Positions 9,386 to 17,679 of a stretch of 64,000 nucleotides of DNA are shown in pieces. Positions within the stretch are counted from its first letter, which is position 1; every line of letters begins with the position of its first letter. Origin of the DNA: Acidobacteriota bacterium (GTDB lineage Bacteria; Acidobacteriota; UBA890; WLXD01); assembly GCA_963666215.2 (NCBI GenBank), contig CAXWPL010000004.1, forward strand, positions 416,001 to 480,000, read 5' to 3'. The notes under the pieces were generated by a model. The model had not been told where the DNA came from and did no database searches. It saw only the letters and a program-made list of their open reading frames with translations. The position numbers and the translations under genes were made by a program.

Positions 9386-10093
9386 ATGCAAACCTCGCGC
9401 AACTCTCATCCACGCGGCGCCTGGGCCGCCAGCCTCGCTCTGCTGACGCTCGTAAGCCTCGTCCCGGCGGACTCGGTGGCTGCTCTTTCCACACAACAGC
9501 CGGAAACGCAGCAAGCTGGCTACGTTCTGGCTTTCGAGAATGGCGTCCTCATCCTGTCGAACCAGCCAGTAGCCGCGCCCGAGGGCCAAACCATCGAGCT
9601 CGAAGGGGGAGGCAGCTGGAGCTTCGACAACGCGGCAGACGCTGAAGCGTTCAAGAAGGCCAAGGCCGGAGCCGCAGAGCACGGCGCAGCTGGCAGCGCC
9701 GAGAACACGTCGACGGACGCGACGAAGAAGGCTGCCGAAGCGCCGAAGGTCGATGCCGGCGAGAAAATGGTCATGGTCAAACCGCGAGACGCGGGCGAAT
9801 CCAACGACGCCGCCGAGGGCGGCCCGAAGAAGTTCGCTTTCTCGACAGATGCCGGAGAGACATTCGTCGGCGATGTTGGCGACGACGGCTCGCTGAAGCC
9901 AACGATGAAGCTCGAAGGCATGGCCGGCGCCACGATCCTCGAGCTGTCGGAGTACGCGGTGTCCGACGCGACGGACGTCGACGGCCAGATCGTGGTCGGC
10001 GTAGCTGTCATCGTGGAGTTCGAGATCGACGGCGATCAACGACGCGCTGTCAGCATCAAGGTAGTGCCGGCGCTCGACTCCGAGACCCGGTAG
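9386..10093 (+). CDS. Secreted hypothetical protein, possibly with a C-terminal DUF5666-like OB-fold
   Basis: Signal peptide, Ala/Glu/Lys-rich linker, C-terminal VSDATDVDGQIVVGVAVIVEFEIDGDQRRAVSIKV. Confidence 0.6.
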   Translation: MQTSRNSHPRGAWAASLALLTLVSLVPADSVAALSTQQPETQQAGYVLAFENGVLILSNQPVAAPEGQTIELEGGGSWSFDNAADAEAFKKAKAGAAEHGAAGSAENTSTDATKKAAEAPKVDAGEKMVMVKPRDAGESNDAAEGGPKKFAFSTDAGETFVGDVGDDGSLKPTMKLEGMAGATILELSEYAVSDATDVDGQIVVGVAVIVEFEIDGDQRRAVSIKVVPALDSETR

Positions 10094-10157
10094 GGCCGCG
10101 GCAGGCCCCCGGACCGCGGCGGAGGCGGGCGAATAACAGCTGCTCTCGCTTGCGTTT

Positions 10158-10187
10158 TATCGAATTTGGATATATCTAAGTTGGATA
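10158..10187. promoter_or_regulatory. Tandem imperfect palindromes, putative PadR-2 operator
   Basis: TATCGA-ATT-TGGATA immediately followed by TATCTA-AGT-TGGATA (15-bp period), about 40 bp before the PadR-2 ATG. Confidence 0.55.
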
Positions 10188-10228
10188 TTAGCAATCGCCC
10201 CACGCGACGCCGAGCACTGGAGAGTTCT

Positions 10229-10576
10229 ATGACCTACGGCAAACCGCTCACCGAGACGCCGCTCAAGCCGGCCGTGTTTCACATCATGCTGGCGCTCAGC
10301 GCGGGCAAGAAGCACGGCTTGGGGATTGCCGACGCCGTGGCCCAAGAGACAGGCCACGAGATCAATCTGGGCCCTGGAACGCTTTACCGCGCGCTGCGCG
10401 ACATGACGGCGGCCTCGCTGGTGACCCCGGCAGCCGACCCCGGCGGCGACGATCCACGCCGCAAGTACTACGAGTTGACCGACGAGGGTTCCAACCTGCT
10501 GAAGGCCGAGGCAACACGGTTGGCCCGCCTCGTAAGCATCGCGCGCGATCGCGACGTGATCGCGGACGAGGTCTGA
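10229..10576 (+). CDS. PadR family transcriptional regulator (PadR-2)
   Basis: FHIMLALSAGKKHGLGI, LGPGTLYRAL, DPRRKYYELT. Confidence 0.92.
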   Translation: MTYGKPLTETPLKPAVFHIMLALSAGKKHGLGIADAVAQETGHEINLGPGTLYRALRDMTAASLVTPAADPGGDDPRRKYYELTDEGSNLLKAEATRLARLVSIARDRDVIADEV

Positions 10577-13317
10577 TGCGTCTCCTGTATCGCGTTTTGC
10601 TGCTGGCGTATCCGCGCCGCTTTCGAGCCGAATACGGCGGCCTGATGTGGGAGATGTTCCGCATCCAATATCACCGCGCCAGCGCGGACCCCGGAGCGCT
10701 CGGCCGATTTCGTTTCTGGCTGTTCGCTATCGACGACTTGGCGCGCAACGCGCTCTCCGAGCGAGCCGGTCGGTGGTCACAAGGCCATCGCCCGCTCATT
10801 GCACCGCTGGCCAAGAGTCAGCGCTCCCGAACCCCACTCCCCTCTCCCTCTCTCTCTATTGGACTCGAAATGATTCAGGACCTGCTGACCGAAGCACGCC
10901 ACGCCGTTCGCCGCCTGGCGCAGTCACCGTCGTTTTCGCTGCTGGCGATTCTCATCACCGCGCTCGGCATCGGAGCCAACTCGGCGATGTTCAGCTTCGT
11001 CAACGCAATCCTGTTACGACCACCGGCATACGAGCGCGCCGATGAGGTAGTGGCGGTGTACCAGGACTCCGACGACGGCGAGCCGAACTCGAGCTCGTTC
11101 CCGGCTTTCCGCGACATCCAGTCGTACGACGAGATCTTCTCGGAGACGATTGCGCTTCTTCCGTTCGGCGCCAGCCTGGTGACCGACGACGGCGTCGAGC
11201 CGCTCGCCACCGAATGGGTGACGGCTGGCTACTTCTCGTTCCTCGGCCTGGCCCCGACAATGGGCCGCGACTTCGGCCCGCAAGACGACGTCGACGGAGG
11301 CGAGCCCGTGGCCGTCCTGAGCTACGCGATGTGGCAGGAGCGCTACGGCAGCGACCCCGACATTCTCGGGGAGCGGCTCAACGTGAACGGAGCCCCCGTC
11401 ACGATCGTTGGCGTTGGGCCGCAGGGCTACGGCGGCATTCTGCCCGGCTTCCAGCTCGACACATGGCTATCGATCTCGGCCATGCGCCCGGCGATGGGCG
11501 CTGGCGCGGCCGCCACCCTGGAACGACGCGCCGATCACTGGTTCCAGCTGCGGGCGCGGCTGGCCGACGGTGTGACGACGGCTCGCGCCCAGTCGGCCAT
11601 GGATCAACTCGCTGAGCGCCTCGCTGCCGACTATCCCGAATACAACGCGGGGCGTGAGATCACGGTGTTCGAGCCCGGCGGGATCCGCATCCATCCCGAC
11701 ATCGACGGTCAGCTCATGCCGCTCTCCGTCGGGCTGATGGTGGTTGTCGCGCTCGTTCTGTTCATTGCGTGCAGCAACCTCGCAAGCCTACTGCTGCTCC
11801 GTGGCTACGGGCGAGCGCAGGACGTGGCGATCCGACTGGCACTGGGTGCCTCGCGGATGCGGGTTGTTTGCCACGTGGTTACCGAAAGCGTGCTTCTTTC
11901 GGTGGCGGGAGGCGCGGTGGGCTTGGCACTCGCGATGTGGGCAACGCGTGCCTTCGCGTCGATCGACCTGTCGCTACCGCTTCCGGGGGCCGTCGATCTG
12001 CGCCTCGACTGGCGTGGCGTGGCGTTCACCATGGCTCTCTCGCTGCTGACCGGCGTGCTGTTCGGGCTTTTACCCGGCCTGCGAATCGCGCGATCCAACG
12101 CCATGGAACGGCTTCGCGACGACGCGGCCAGTATGTCTCTGCGTGGCAATCGATTCAACTTGCGCAACCTTCTGGTTGTGGGTCAGGTGGCGGTGTCGTT
12201 CGTCATCCTGGTGGCGGCGGGACTATTTCTACGGAGCCTGGGCAACGCGCAGCAAGCGCCTCTGGGCTTCGACTCGGGCCGGCTAGCGCTCATTTCGACG
12301 AACGCCGCGTTCTCTGAATACTCCGCCGAGGAAGGAGCCCCGTTGCTCGAGCAACTACGCGACCGTATTGCCGCGTTGCCGGGTGTGGAGGAAGCTGCGC
12401 TCACGGCGCAGCCCCCAGTGCGCGGCACCGGCGGATCCAGCACGCTCGTGGTCGAGGGCTACACGCCGCCCACCGGTACCGATGCGGTGGAGGTGATGCG
12501 TTCGTCAGTAGGACCACGCTACTTCAGCACCATCGGTGCACCGATTCTCCACGGACGTGCGTTCACCGGGGAGGACATCGAAGCGGACGCGCCGGTCGCG
12601 GTCGTGTCGGAGACCTTCGGCCTCACCTTCTTCGGCACCGCCGACGCCGTGGGCCGACGCTTCCGCGGCCAGGGCTCCGACGAGTGGGTCGACATCGTCG
12701 GTGTGGCTGCCGACGTGAAGATCCGCGACATGACGGAGGAGCCCGCGCCACTCTTCTACGGCGCCTTCAGGCCGGGGACGAGCGCCTACGTAATCGCCCG
12801 CACCAACGGCAACCCGCGTAGCTTGCTGCAGCCCATGCGGGCGGCCCTTGATGAGGTTGATCCGCTGTTGTCGGTATCGCGACTGCAGACGTTCGATCAG
12901 CATCTCGACGACCAGCTCGCGTCGTCGCGGCTCGGAGTGGTGCTGCTGTCGGGTTTCGGGCTCCTGGGATTGGGGCTCGCCGGGCTCGGGTTGTTCGCGG
13001 TGGTGGCGTTTACCGTGGAGCGACGCACCACGGAACTGGGTATCCGGATGGCCATCGGCGCCCAGCGGGGCAGTGTCGTGCAGCTCGTGCTGCGCGAGGT
13101 CATGACGATCGTCGGCGTAGCCGTGGCGCTGGGGTTGGCGCTGAGCTTGATCGCAGGACCCGTCGTTGCGGCGAGCCTGTATGGCGTATCGGGCAACGAC
13201 CCGATCACGTTGCTCGGCACGGCAGCGTTGCTGGCGCTGGCCGCAGCGTTGGCGGCATGGTTGCCTGCCCGCCGCGCAGCGAGCGTCGACCCGGTGCTGG
13301 CACTCCGGCACGACTGA
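10576..13317 (+). CDS. ADOP/MacB-FtsX family ABC transporter permease (intact, 913 aa)
   Basis: LYRVLLLAYPRRFRAEYG prefix, ALGIGANSAMFS, IACSNLASLLL, ELGIRMAIGA, PARRAASVDPVLALR; TGATG coupling to PadR-2. Confidence 0.93.
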   Translation: MRLLYRVLLLAYPRRFRAEYGGLMWEMFRIQYHRASADPGALGRFRFWLFAIDDLARNALSERAGRWSQGHRPLIAPLAKSQRSRTPLPSPSLSIGLEMIQDLLTEARHAVRRLAQSPSFSLLAILITALGIGANSAMFSFVNAILLRPPAYERADEVVAVYQDSDDGEPNSSSFPAFRDIQSYDEIFSETIALLPFGASLVTDDGVEPLATEWVTAGYFSFLGLAPTMGRDFGPQDDVDGGEPVAVLSYAMWQERYGSDPDILGERLNVNGAPVTIVGVGPQGYGGILPGFQLDTWLSISAMRPAMGAGAAATLERRADHWFQLRARLADGVTTARAQSAMDQLAERLAADYPEYNAGREITVFEPGGIRIHPDIDGQLMPLSVGLMVVVALVLFIACSNLASLLLLRGYGRAQDVAIRLALGASRMRVVCHVVTESVLLSVAGGAVGLALAMWATRAFASIDLSLPLPGAVDLRLDWRGVAFTMALSLLTGVLFGLLPGLRIARSNAMERLRDDAASMSLRGNRFNLRNLLVVGQVAVSFVILVAAGLFLRSLGNAQQAPLGFDSGRLALISTNAAFSEYSAEEGAPLLEQLRDRIAALPGVEEAALTAQPPVRGTGGSSTLVVEGYTPPTGTDAVEVMRSSVGPRYFSTIGAPILHGRAFTGEDIEADAPVAVVSETFGLTFFGTADAVGRRFRGQGSDEWVDIVGVAADVKIRDMTEEPAPLFYGAFRPGTSAYVIARTNGNPRSLLQPMRAALDEVDPLLSVSRLQTFDQHLDDQLASSRLGVVLLSGFGLLGLGLAGLGLFAVVAFTVERRTTELGIRMAIGAQRGSVVQLVLREVMTIVGVAVALGLALSLIAGPVVAASLYGVSGNDPITLLGTAALLALAAALAAWLPARRAASVDPVLALRHD

Positions 13318-13523
13318 GCTCGAACAAACGGAGGGCGATCGGAGAAGAATCAGCGTGGCGGGCACGCGGGCAAAACGCCGGCCGTCATGGCGGCCCAACT
13401 CTGCAGACGTGTCGATGCGAAGGGTCGCAGTAGAGTCGGGGCGACCGCAATCGATACCGTGCGCCGGAGGCCCTCGCGACAGGCTCTAGAAACCTCGCCG
13501 TTCTCCTCGCCGCATCCGCGATC

Positions 13524-13748
13524 ATGGCCACCGCTCGAGTGGCCGCCCAGGAACAAGAGCCCAATCTCGCACCCGCGGTGGCGGCCAGTGCGGCCGATCA
13601 GGCGTTGCGCGGCGCCGAGCGGCTACGCGTGTACATCCAAAGCGGCATCACCTCGATACGCGACACCGGCTCACACGGCGACGTGCCGTTCCGTCTGAAG
13701 GAATGGGTGGCGCAGCACCGCATTCCCGGCCCGCGCGTGCCCTCGTAG
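13524..13748 (+). pseudogene. Internal fragment of an amidohydrolase family protein
   Basis: ALRGAERLRVYIQSGITSIRDTGSHGDVPFRLKEWVAQHRIPGPRV matches the G(I/V)T(S/T)(I/V)RD.G...IPGPR segment; no N- or C-terminal parts. Confidence 0.65.
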
Positions 13749-13968
13749 CTCATTCCTCGTACTGCCGACTGACCGACTTTTGGACGATCTTTTCGCAGGC
13801 CGGGTACAAGCCGAAGGACCTCGGCGTCATCGACTGACCTGGCAGCTTCGGCTAGCCCGACCTCCAACGGCCCGTCACGCGTCCACCGCAGCTCCGCCGC
13901 GGCCTGTTAGACTCGCCGCCGGTAGCCCATCAGGGCGACCCAGAGGCGCAAGCCAGGATGAGGCTCGC

Positions 13969-15132
13969 ATGATCGTCAGCGTACCGACGGAGGACTATCC
14001 AGGGGAACAACGGGTCGCGCTCATTCCGTCGGAGGCGGGTACGCTGCGCTCGGCCGGCTTCGAGGTGCACCTCCAGGCCGGCGCCGGAGCTGCGGCCGGC
14101 TTCAGCGACACCGATTACAAGACCAAGGGAGCGGTGATCGTCGTCGACCTGCCGGCGTTGCTGGCTGAGGCCGAGCTCCTCCTGTCGGTACGAGGGCCTC
14201 GCGACGCCGGGGCCCTGCGCTCGGGGCAGGTGCTTGTCGGCCTACTGGACCCGCTGGGACAGCCTGGGCGAGTGCGCTCGTTCGCCGACGCCGGGGTCAC
14301 CGCGTTCGCCCTCGAGCTCTTGCCCCGCATCAGCCGCGCGCAATCGATGGACGTGCTCAGCTCGATGGCCACAATCGCGGGCTACAAGGCCGTGCTGCTG
14401 GCGGCGGGAACGCTCGGGAAGCTCTACCCGATGATGATCACGGCGGCGGGCACCATTACCCCGGCGCGCACTCTCGTCGTGGGCGCCGGCGTAGCCGGGC
14501 TGCAGGCAATCGCGACCTCCCGGCGGCTCGGCTCGGTGGTTCGCGCCTACGACATTCGTCCCGACGTCAAGGAACAGGTCGAAAGCCTAGGCGCGACGTT
14601 CCTCGAGGTCGGACTCGAGGACGAAGGTGGCGAGGATGCCGGCGGCTACGCCCGCGCCATGGACGATGAGTTCTATCGCCGGCAGCGCGAGGCCATGACC
14701 GAAGCCGTGCGCGACAGCGATGTCGTCATCACGACAGCCGCGGTCCCCGGCAAGCCATCACCGGTTCTGGTCACGGCGGCCATGGTCGAGGCGATGCGCT
14801 CCGGCTCTGTAATCGTCGATCTGGCCGCCGCAGGTGGAGGCAACTGCGAGCTCACCGCACCCGGCGCTACGACCGAGCATCACGGTGTAACCATCCTCGC
14901 GCCCCTGAACCTGCCGTCGACGGTTCCGTACCACGCCTCTCAGATGTTCTCGCGCAACGCCGCCACCTTCTTGAAGAACCTCGTGGTTGATGGCCAGCTA
15001 CGGCCGGTCGACGAGGACGAGATCGTGCGCGAAACGCTCGTGGCACGTGACGGCGATGTGGCCAGCGCGCGCGTTCGCGAGCTACTCGATAGCCCCGCCG
15101 CTACCGCCAGTGGCGAAAGGAGCAGAGCCTGA
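13969..15132 (+). CDS. pntAA: NAD(P) transhydrogenase alpha subunit part 1 (domain I)
   Basis: GEQRVALIP, PRISRAQSMDVLSSMATIAGYKAV, GAGVAGLQAIAT, GGYA, GGNCELT. Confidence 0.95.
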   Translation: MIVSVPTEDYPGEQRVALIPSEAGTLRSAGFEVHLQAGAGAAAGFSDTDYKTKGAVIVVDLPALLAEAELLLSVRGPRDAGALRSGQVLVGLLDPLGQPGRVRSFADAGVTAFALELLPRISRAQSMDVLSSMATIAGYKAVLLAAGTLGKLYPMMITAAGTITPARTLVVGAGVAGLQAIATSRRLGSVVRAYDIRPDVKEQVESLGATFLEVGLEDEGGEDAGGYARAMDDEFYRRQREAMTEAVRDSDVVITTAAVPGKPSPVLVTAAMVEAMRSGSVIVDLAAAGGGNCELTAPGATTEHHGVTILAPLNLPSTVPYHASQMFSRNAATFLKNLVVDGQLRPVDEDEIVRETLVARDGDVASARVRELLDSPAATASGERSRA

Positions 15133-15413
15133 TGGAGGTGTTCGTCGCGGCGCTGAGTATCTTCGTGCTGGCGCTGTTCGTTGGCGTCGAGATCATCAAC
15201 AAGGTTCCGCCGCTGCTCCACACGCCGCTGATGTCGGGCGCCAACGCGATCTCCGGCATCACGCTGGTGGGAACGCTGGTCACGTCGGGCGCGCAGCTCA
15301 CGACCTTCACGACGATCCTGGGCTTCGTCGCCGTCGCGCTGGCCACGGCCAACGTGGTCGGTGGCTTCCTGGTGACCCACCGGATGCTCGCGATGTTCCG
15401 AAAGGAAAGGTAG
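15132..15413 (+). CDS. pntAB: NAD(P) transhydrogenase alpha subunit part 2
   Basis: KVPPLLHTPLMSGANAISGI, NVVGGFLVTHRMLAMF. Confidence 0.95.
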   Translation: MEVFVAALSIFVLALFVGVEIINKVPPLLHTPLMSGANAISGITLVGTLVTSGAQLTTFTTILGFVAVALATANVVGGFLVTHRMLAMFRKER

Positions 15414-15420
15414 CGCCCCG

Positions 15421-16818
15421 TTGTCGAAGGCACTCATCGATCTCTTCTACCTGTTGGCGGCCGTCCTCTTCATCTTCGGCCTGAAGGGGCTCACTCACCC
15501 CAAGACCGCGGTGCGCGGCAACCTGCTGGGCTCGCTGGCGATGCTGATCGCCGTTGTGGTAACTCTGCTCGATCGGCGCATCGTCAGCTTCGAGATCATC
15601 GTGGCGGGCATGGTTGTCGGGGCGCTCGTCGGCGGGATCATGGCCTACAGGGTCGCCATGACGGACATGCCCCAGATCGTCGCGATCTTCAACGGCTTTG
15701 GCGGCGGTGCTTCGGCGCTGGCGGTAGGTGCGGCGCTCGAAGAGGCCCTCAAGGGAGGCTTCGTCGAGGAGATCTCGCTCCAGTTCACGACCGCGGCCGC
15801 GGGGTCGGCGCTGATCGGAGGCGTGGCCTTCACCGGCAGCGTGATCGCCTTCCTCAAGCTCCAACGGCTGATCACCGACAAGCCGGTTCTCCTGCCCGGT
15901 CGGCATGCGATGAACGCCCTGCTAGCGGCCATCTGCCTGGCGCTCGGCATCTGGCTGGTGCTGCAGCCCGACTCGTCGCTGCCTTTCTGGACGCTGATGG
16001 GATTCGCCTGCCTGCTTGGCGTCACGCTGGTCCTTCCGATCGGCGGCGCCGACATGCCCGTCGTGATCGCGTTGCTGAACTCCTACTCGGGCATCGCGGC
16101 AGCAGGTCACGGCTGGGTGCTGAACAACACCGTCCTGATCATCGCTGGCTCGCTGGTCGGTGCGGCAGGCTTCATTCTGACGGCGCTCATGTCGAAGGCG
16201 ATGAACCGCTCGCTGCCGAACATCATCTTCGCAGGCGTCGGCGCCGAGGTGGCGAGCGTCGAGGAGTCTGCCGACGTGTACGTGGGCGTCAAGGCCGCAT
16301 CCGCCGAGGAGGTGGCGATGCTCCTAGAGGCGGCGCGCAACGTTGTCGTGGTGCCCGGCTACGGAATGGCGGTGGCGCAGGCGCAGTACGCCGTCCAAGA
16401 CTTGACCGACGAGCTCGAATCGCGCGGCGTACAGGTGACGTTCGGCGTCCATCCAGTGGCCGGTCGAATGCCCGGACACATGAACGTGCTGCTCGCCGAG
16501 GCCAACGTCCCCTACGACAAGCTCAAGGACATGGACGAGGTCAACCCCACATTTCGCGAGGCGGACGTTGTGCTCGTGATCGGGGCCAACGACGTCGTCA
16601 ACCCGATGGCGCGCCAGAAGGACCCGTCGATCCCGATCGCCGGGATGCCGATTCTCGACGTCGACCAGGCGCGCGCCGTGGTGATCATCAAGCGCAGCCT
16701 CAGCGCGGGCTTCGCCGGCATCGCCAATCCACTATTTGCCGCCGACAACGCGCTCATGCTCTTCGCGGACGCCAAACAGGCCGCCGTGGACCTTTTGGCC
16801 GCGCTGAAGGAGACCTAG
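15421..16818 (+). CDS. pntB: NAD(P) transhydrogenase beta subunit
   Basis: IGGADMPVVIALLNSYSG, VPGYGMAVAQAQ, HPVAGRMPGHMNVLLAEA, GANDVVNP. Confidence 0.97.
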   Translation: MSKALIDLFYLLAAVLFIFGLKGLTHPKTAVRGNLLGSLAMLIAVVVTLLDRRIVSFEIIVAGMVVGALVGGIMAYRVAMTDMPQIVAIFNGFGGGASALAVGAALEEALKGGFVEEISLQFTTAAAGSALIGGVAFTGSVIAFLKLQRLITDKPVLLPGRHAMNALLAAICLALGIWLVLQPDSSLPFWTLMGFACLLGVTLVLPIGGADMPVVIALLNSYSGIAAAGHGWVLNNTVLIIAGSLVGAAGFILTALMSKAMNRSLPNIIFAGVGAEVASVEESADVYVGVKAASAEEVAMLLEAARNVVVVPGYGMAVAQAQYAVQDLTDELESRGVQVTFGVHPVAGRMPGHMNVLLAEANVPYDKLKDMDEVNPTFREADVVLVIGANDVVNPMARQKDPSIPIAGMPILDVDQARAVVIIKRSLSAGFAGIANPLFAADNALMLFADAKQAAVDLLAALKET

Positions 16819-16959
16819 GCAGACAGATCCCCGCCCCTGGGCGGGCCAAACCGCCGCCGCTGTTTCTCAGTTGCCGCATCGGGCACGAGAAGCTGCGGCA
16901 CGGCTTGCGGGGAACGAGGCGGCGAAAACCCTACCAACTGTGCGATTCACTGACGCTGA

Positions 16960-16983
16960 CATATAGGCTCTTGAGCTTATATG
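16960..16983. promoter_or_regulatory. Inverted repeat over the putative vapBC promoter (autorepression operator)
   Basis: CATATAGGCTC-TT-GAGCTTATATG (10/11 match), overlapping CTGACA...TATGCT -35/-10-like hexamers. Confidence 0.55.
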
Positions 16984-16992
16984 CTATGACAT

Positions 16993-17235
16993 ATGGCAAG
17001 AACGAGTCTGCGCCTCCGAGATGAGCTGCTCGAGCGTGCCAAGCGACAGGCCGCCGCCGATGGGCGCACGCTCACATCGCTGGTCGAGGAGGGACTGACC
17101 CTCGTACTGGCCGAGAGCGCTCGCGTCGCGCGGACTCCGGTGCGCCTTCCAATCTCGAAGGCGACGGGCGGAACGGTGCCGGGAGTCGACCTGAACGACT
17201 CACGCTCGCTCGAGGAGCGGATGGACGAGTCGTGA
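16993..17235 (+). CDS. vapB: VapB/CopG-like ribbon-helix-helix antitoxin
   Basis: MARTSLRLRDELLERAK..AA..GRTLTSLVEEGL; overlaps a PIN toxin gene. Confidence 0.85.
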   Translation: MARTSLRLRDELLERAKRQAAADGRTLTSLVEEGLTLVLAESARVARTPVRLPISKATGGTVPGVDLNDSRSLEERMDES

Positions 17236-17660
17236 TCCTGGCAGACGTCAATGTGCTGGTCCACGCCTTCCGATCGGACTCGAGCGATCACCAGCTCAGC
17301 CGCGAGTGGCTCGAGAGTGTGCTCGAAGGGAGGGCGCGCTATGGCATGTCGCCGCAGGTGCTGAGCGGGGTGATGCGCGTTGTCACCCATCCCAAGGTGT
17401 TTCGCGAGCCCAGTGATGTGCTCGAGACCAGTGAGTACTGCGAGATCCTTCTGTCACAGCCCCACTGCGTCGTGATCCAACCCGGCGGACTTCACTGGTC
17501 GATCTTCGTCGACCTCTGTCGGGACGCCAACGCTCGCGGCAACCTGGTGCCGGACGCATGGTTCGCGGCGCTCGCCATCGAGTCGGGCTCGCGCTGGATC
17601 ACCCTCGACCGAGACTACGCGCGCTTCCCAGGTCTTGACTGGGAGATCCTCGGCGCCTGA
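17232..17660 (+). CDS. vapC: VapC PIN-domain toxin
   Basis: MILADVNVLVHA, GNLVPDAWFAALAIE, TLDRDYARFPGL. Confidence 0.92.
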   Translation: MILADVNVLVHAFRSDSSDHQLSREWLESVLEGRARYGMSPQVLSGVMRVVTHPKVFREPSDVLETSEYCEILLSQPHCVVIQPGGLHWSIFVDLCRDANARGNLVPDAWFAALAIESGSRWITLDRDYARFPGLDWEILGA

Positions 17661-17679
17661 ATGGCCGTGTCACTAGCAG

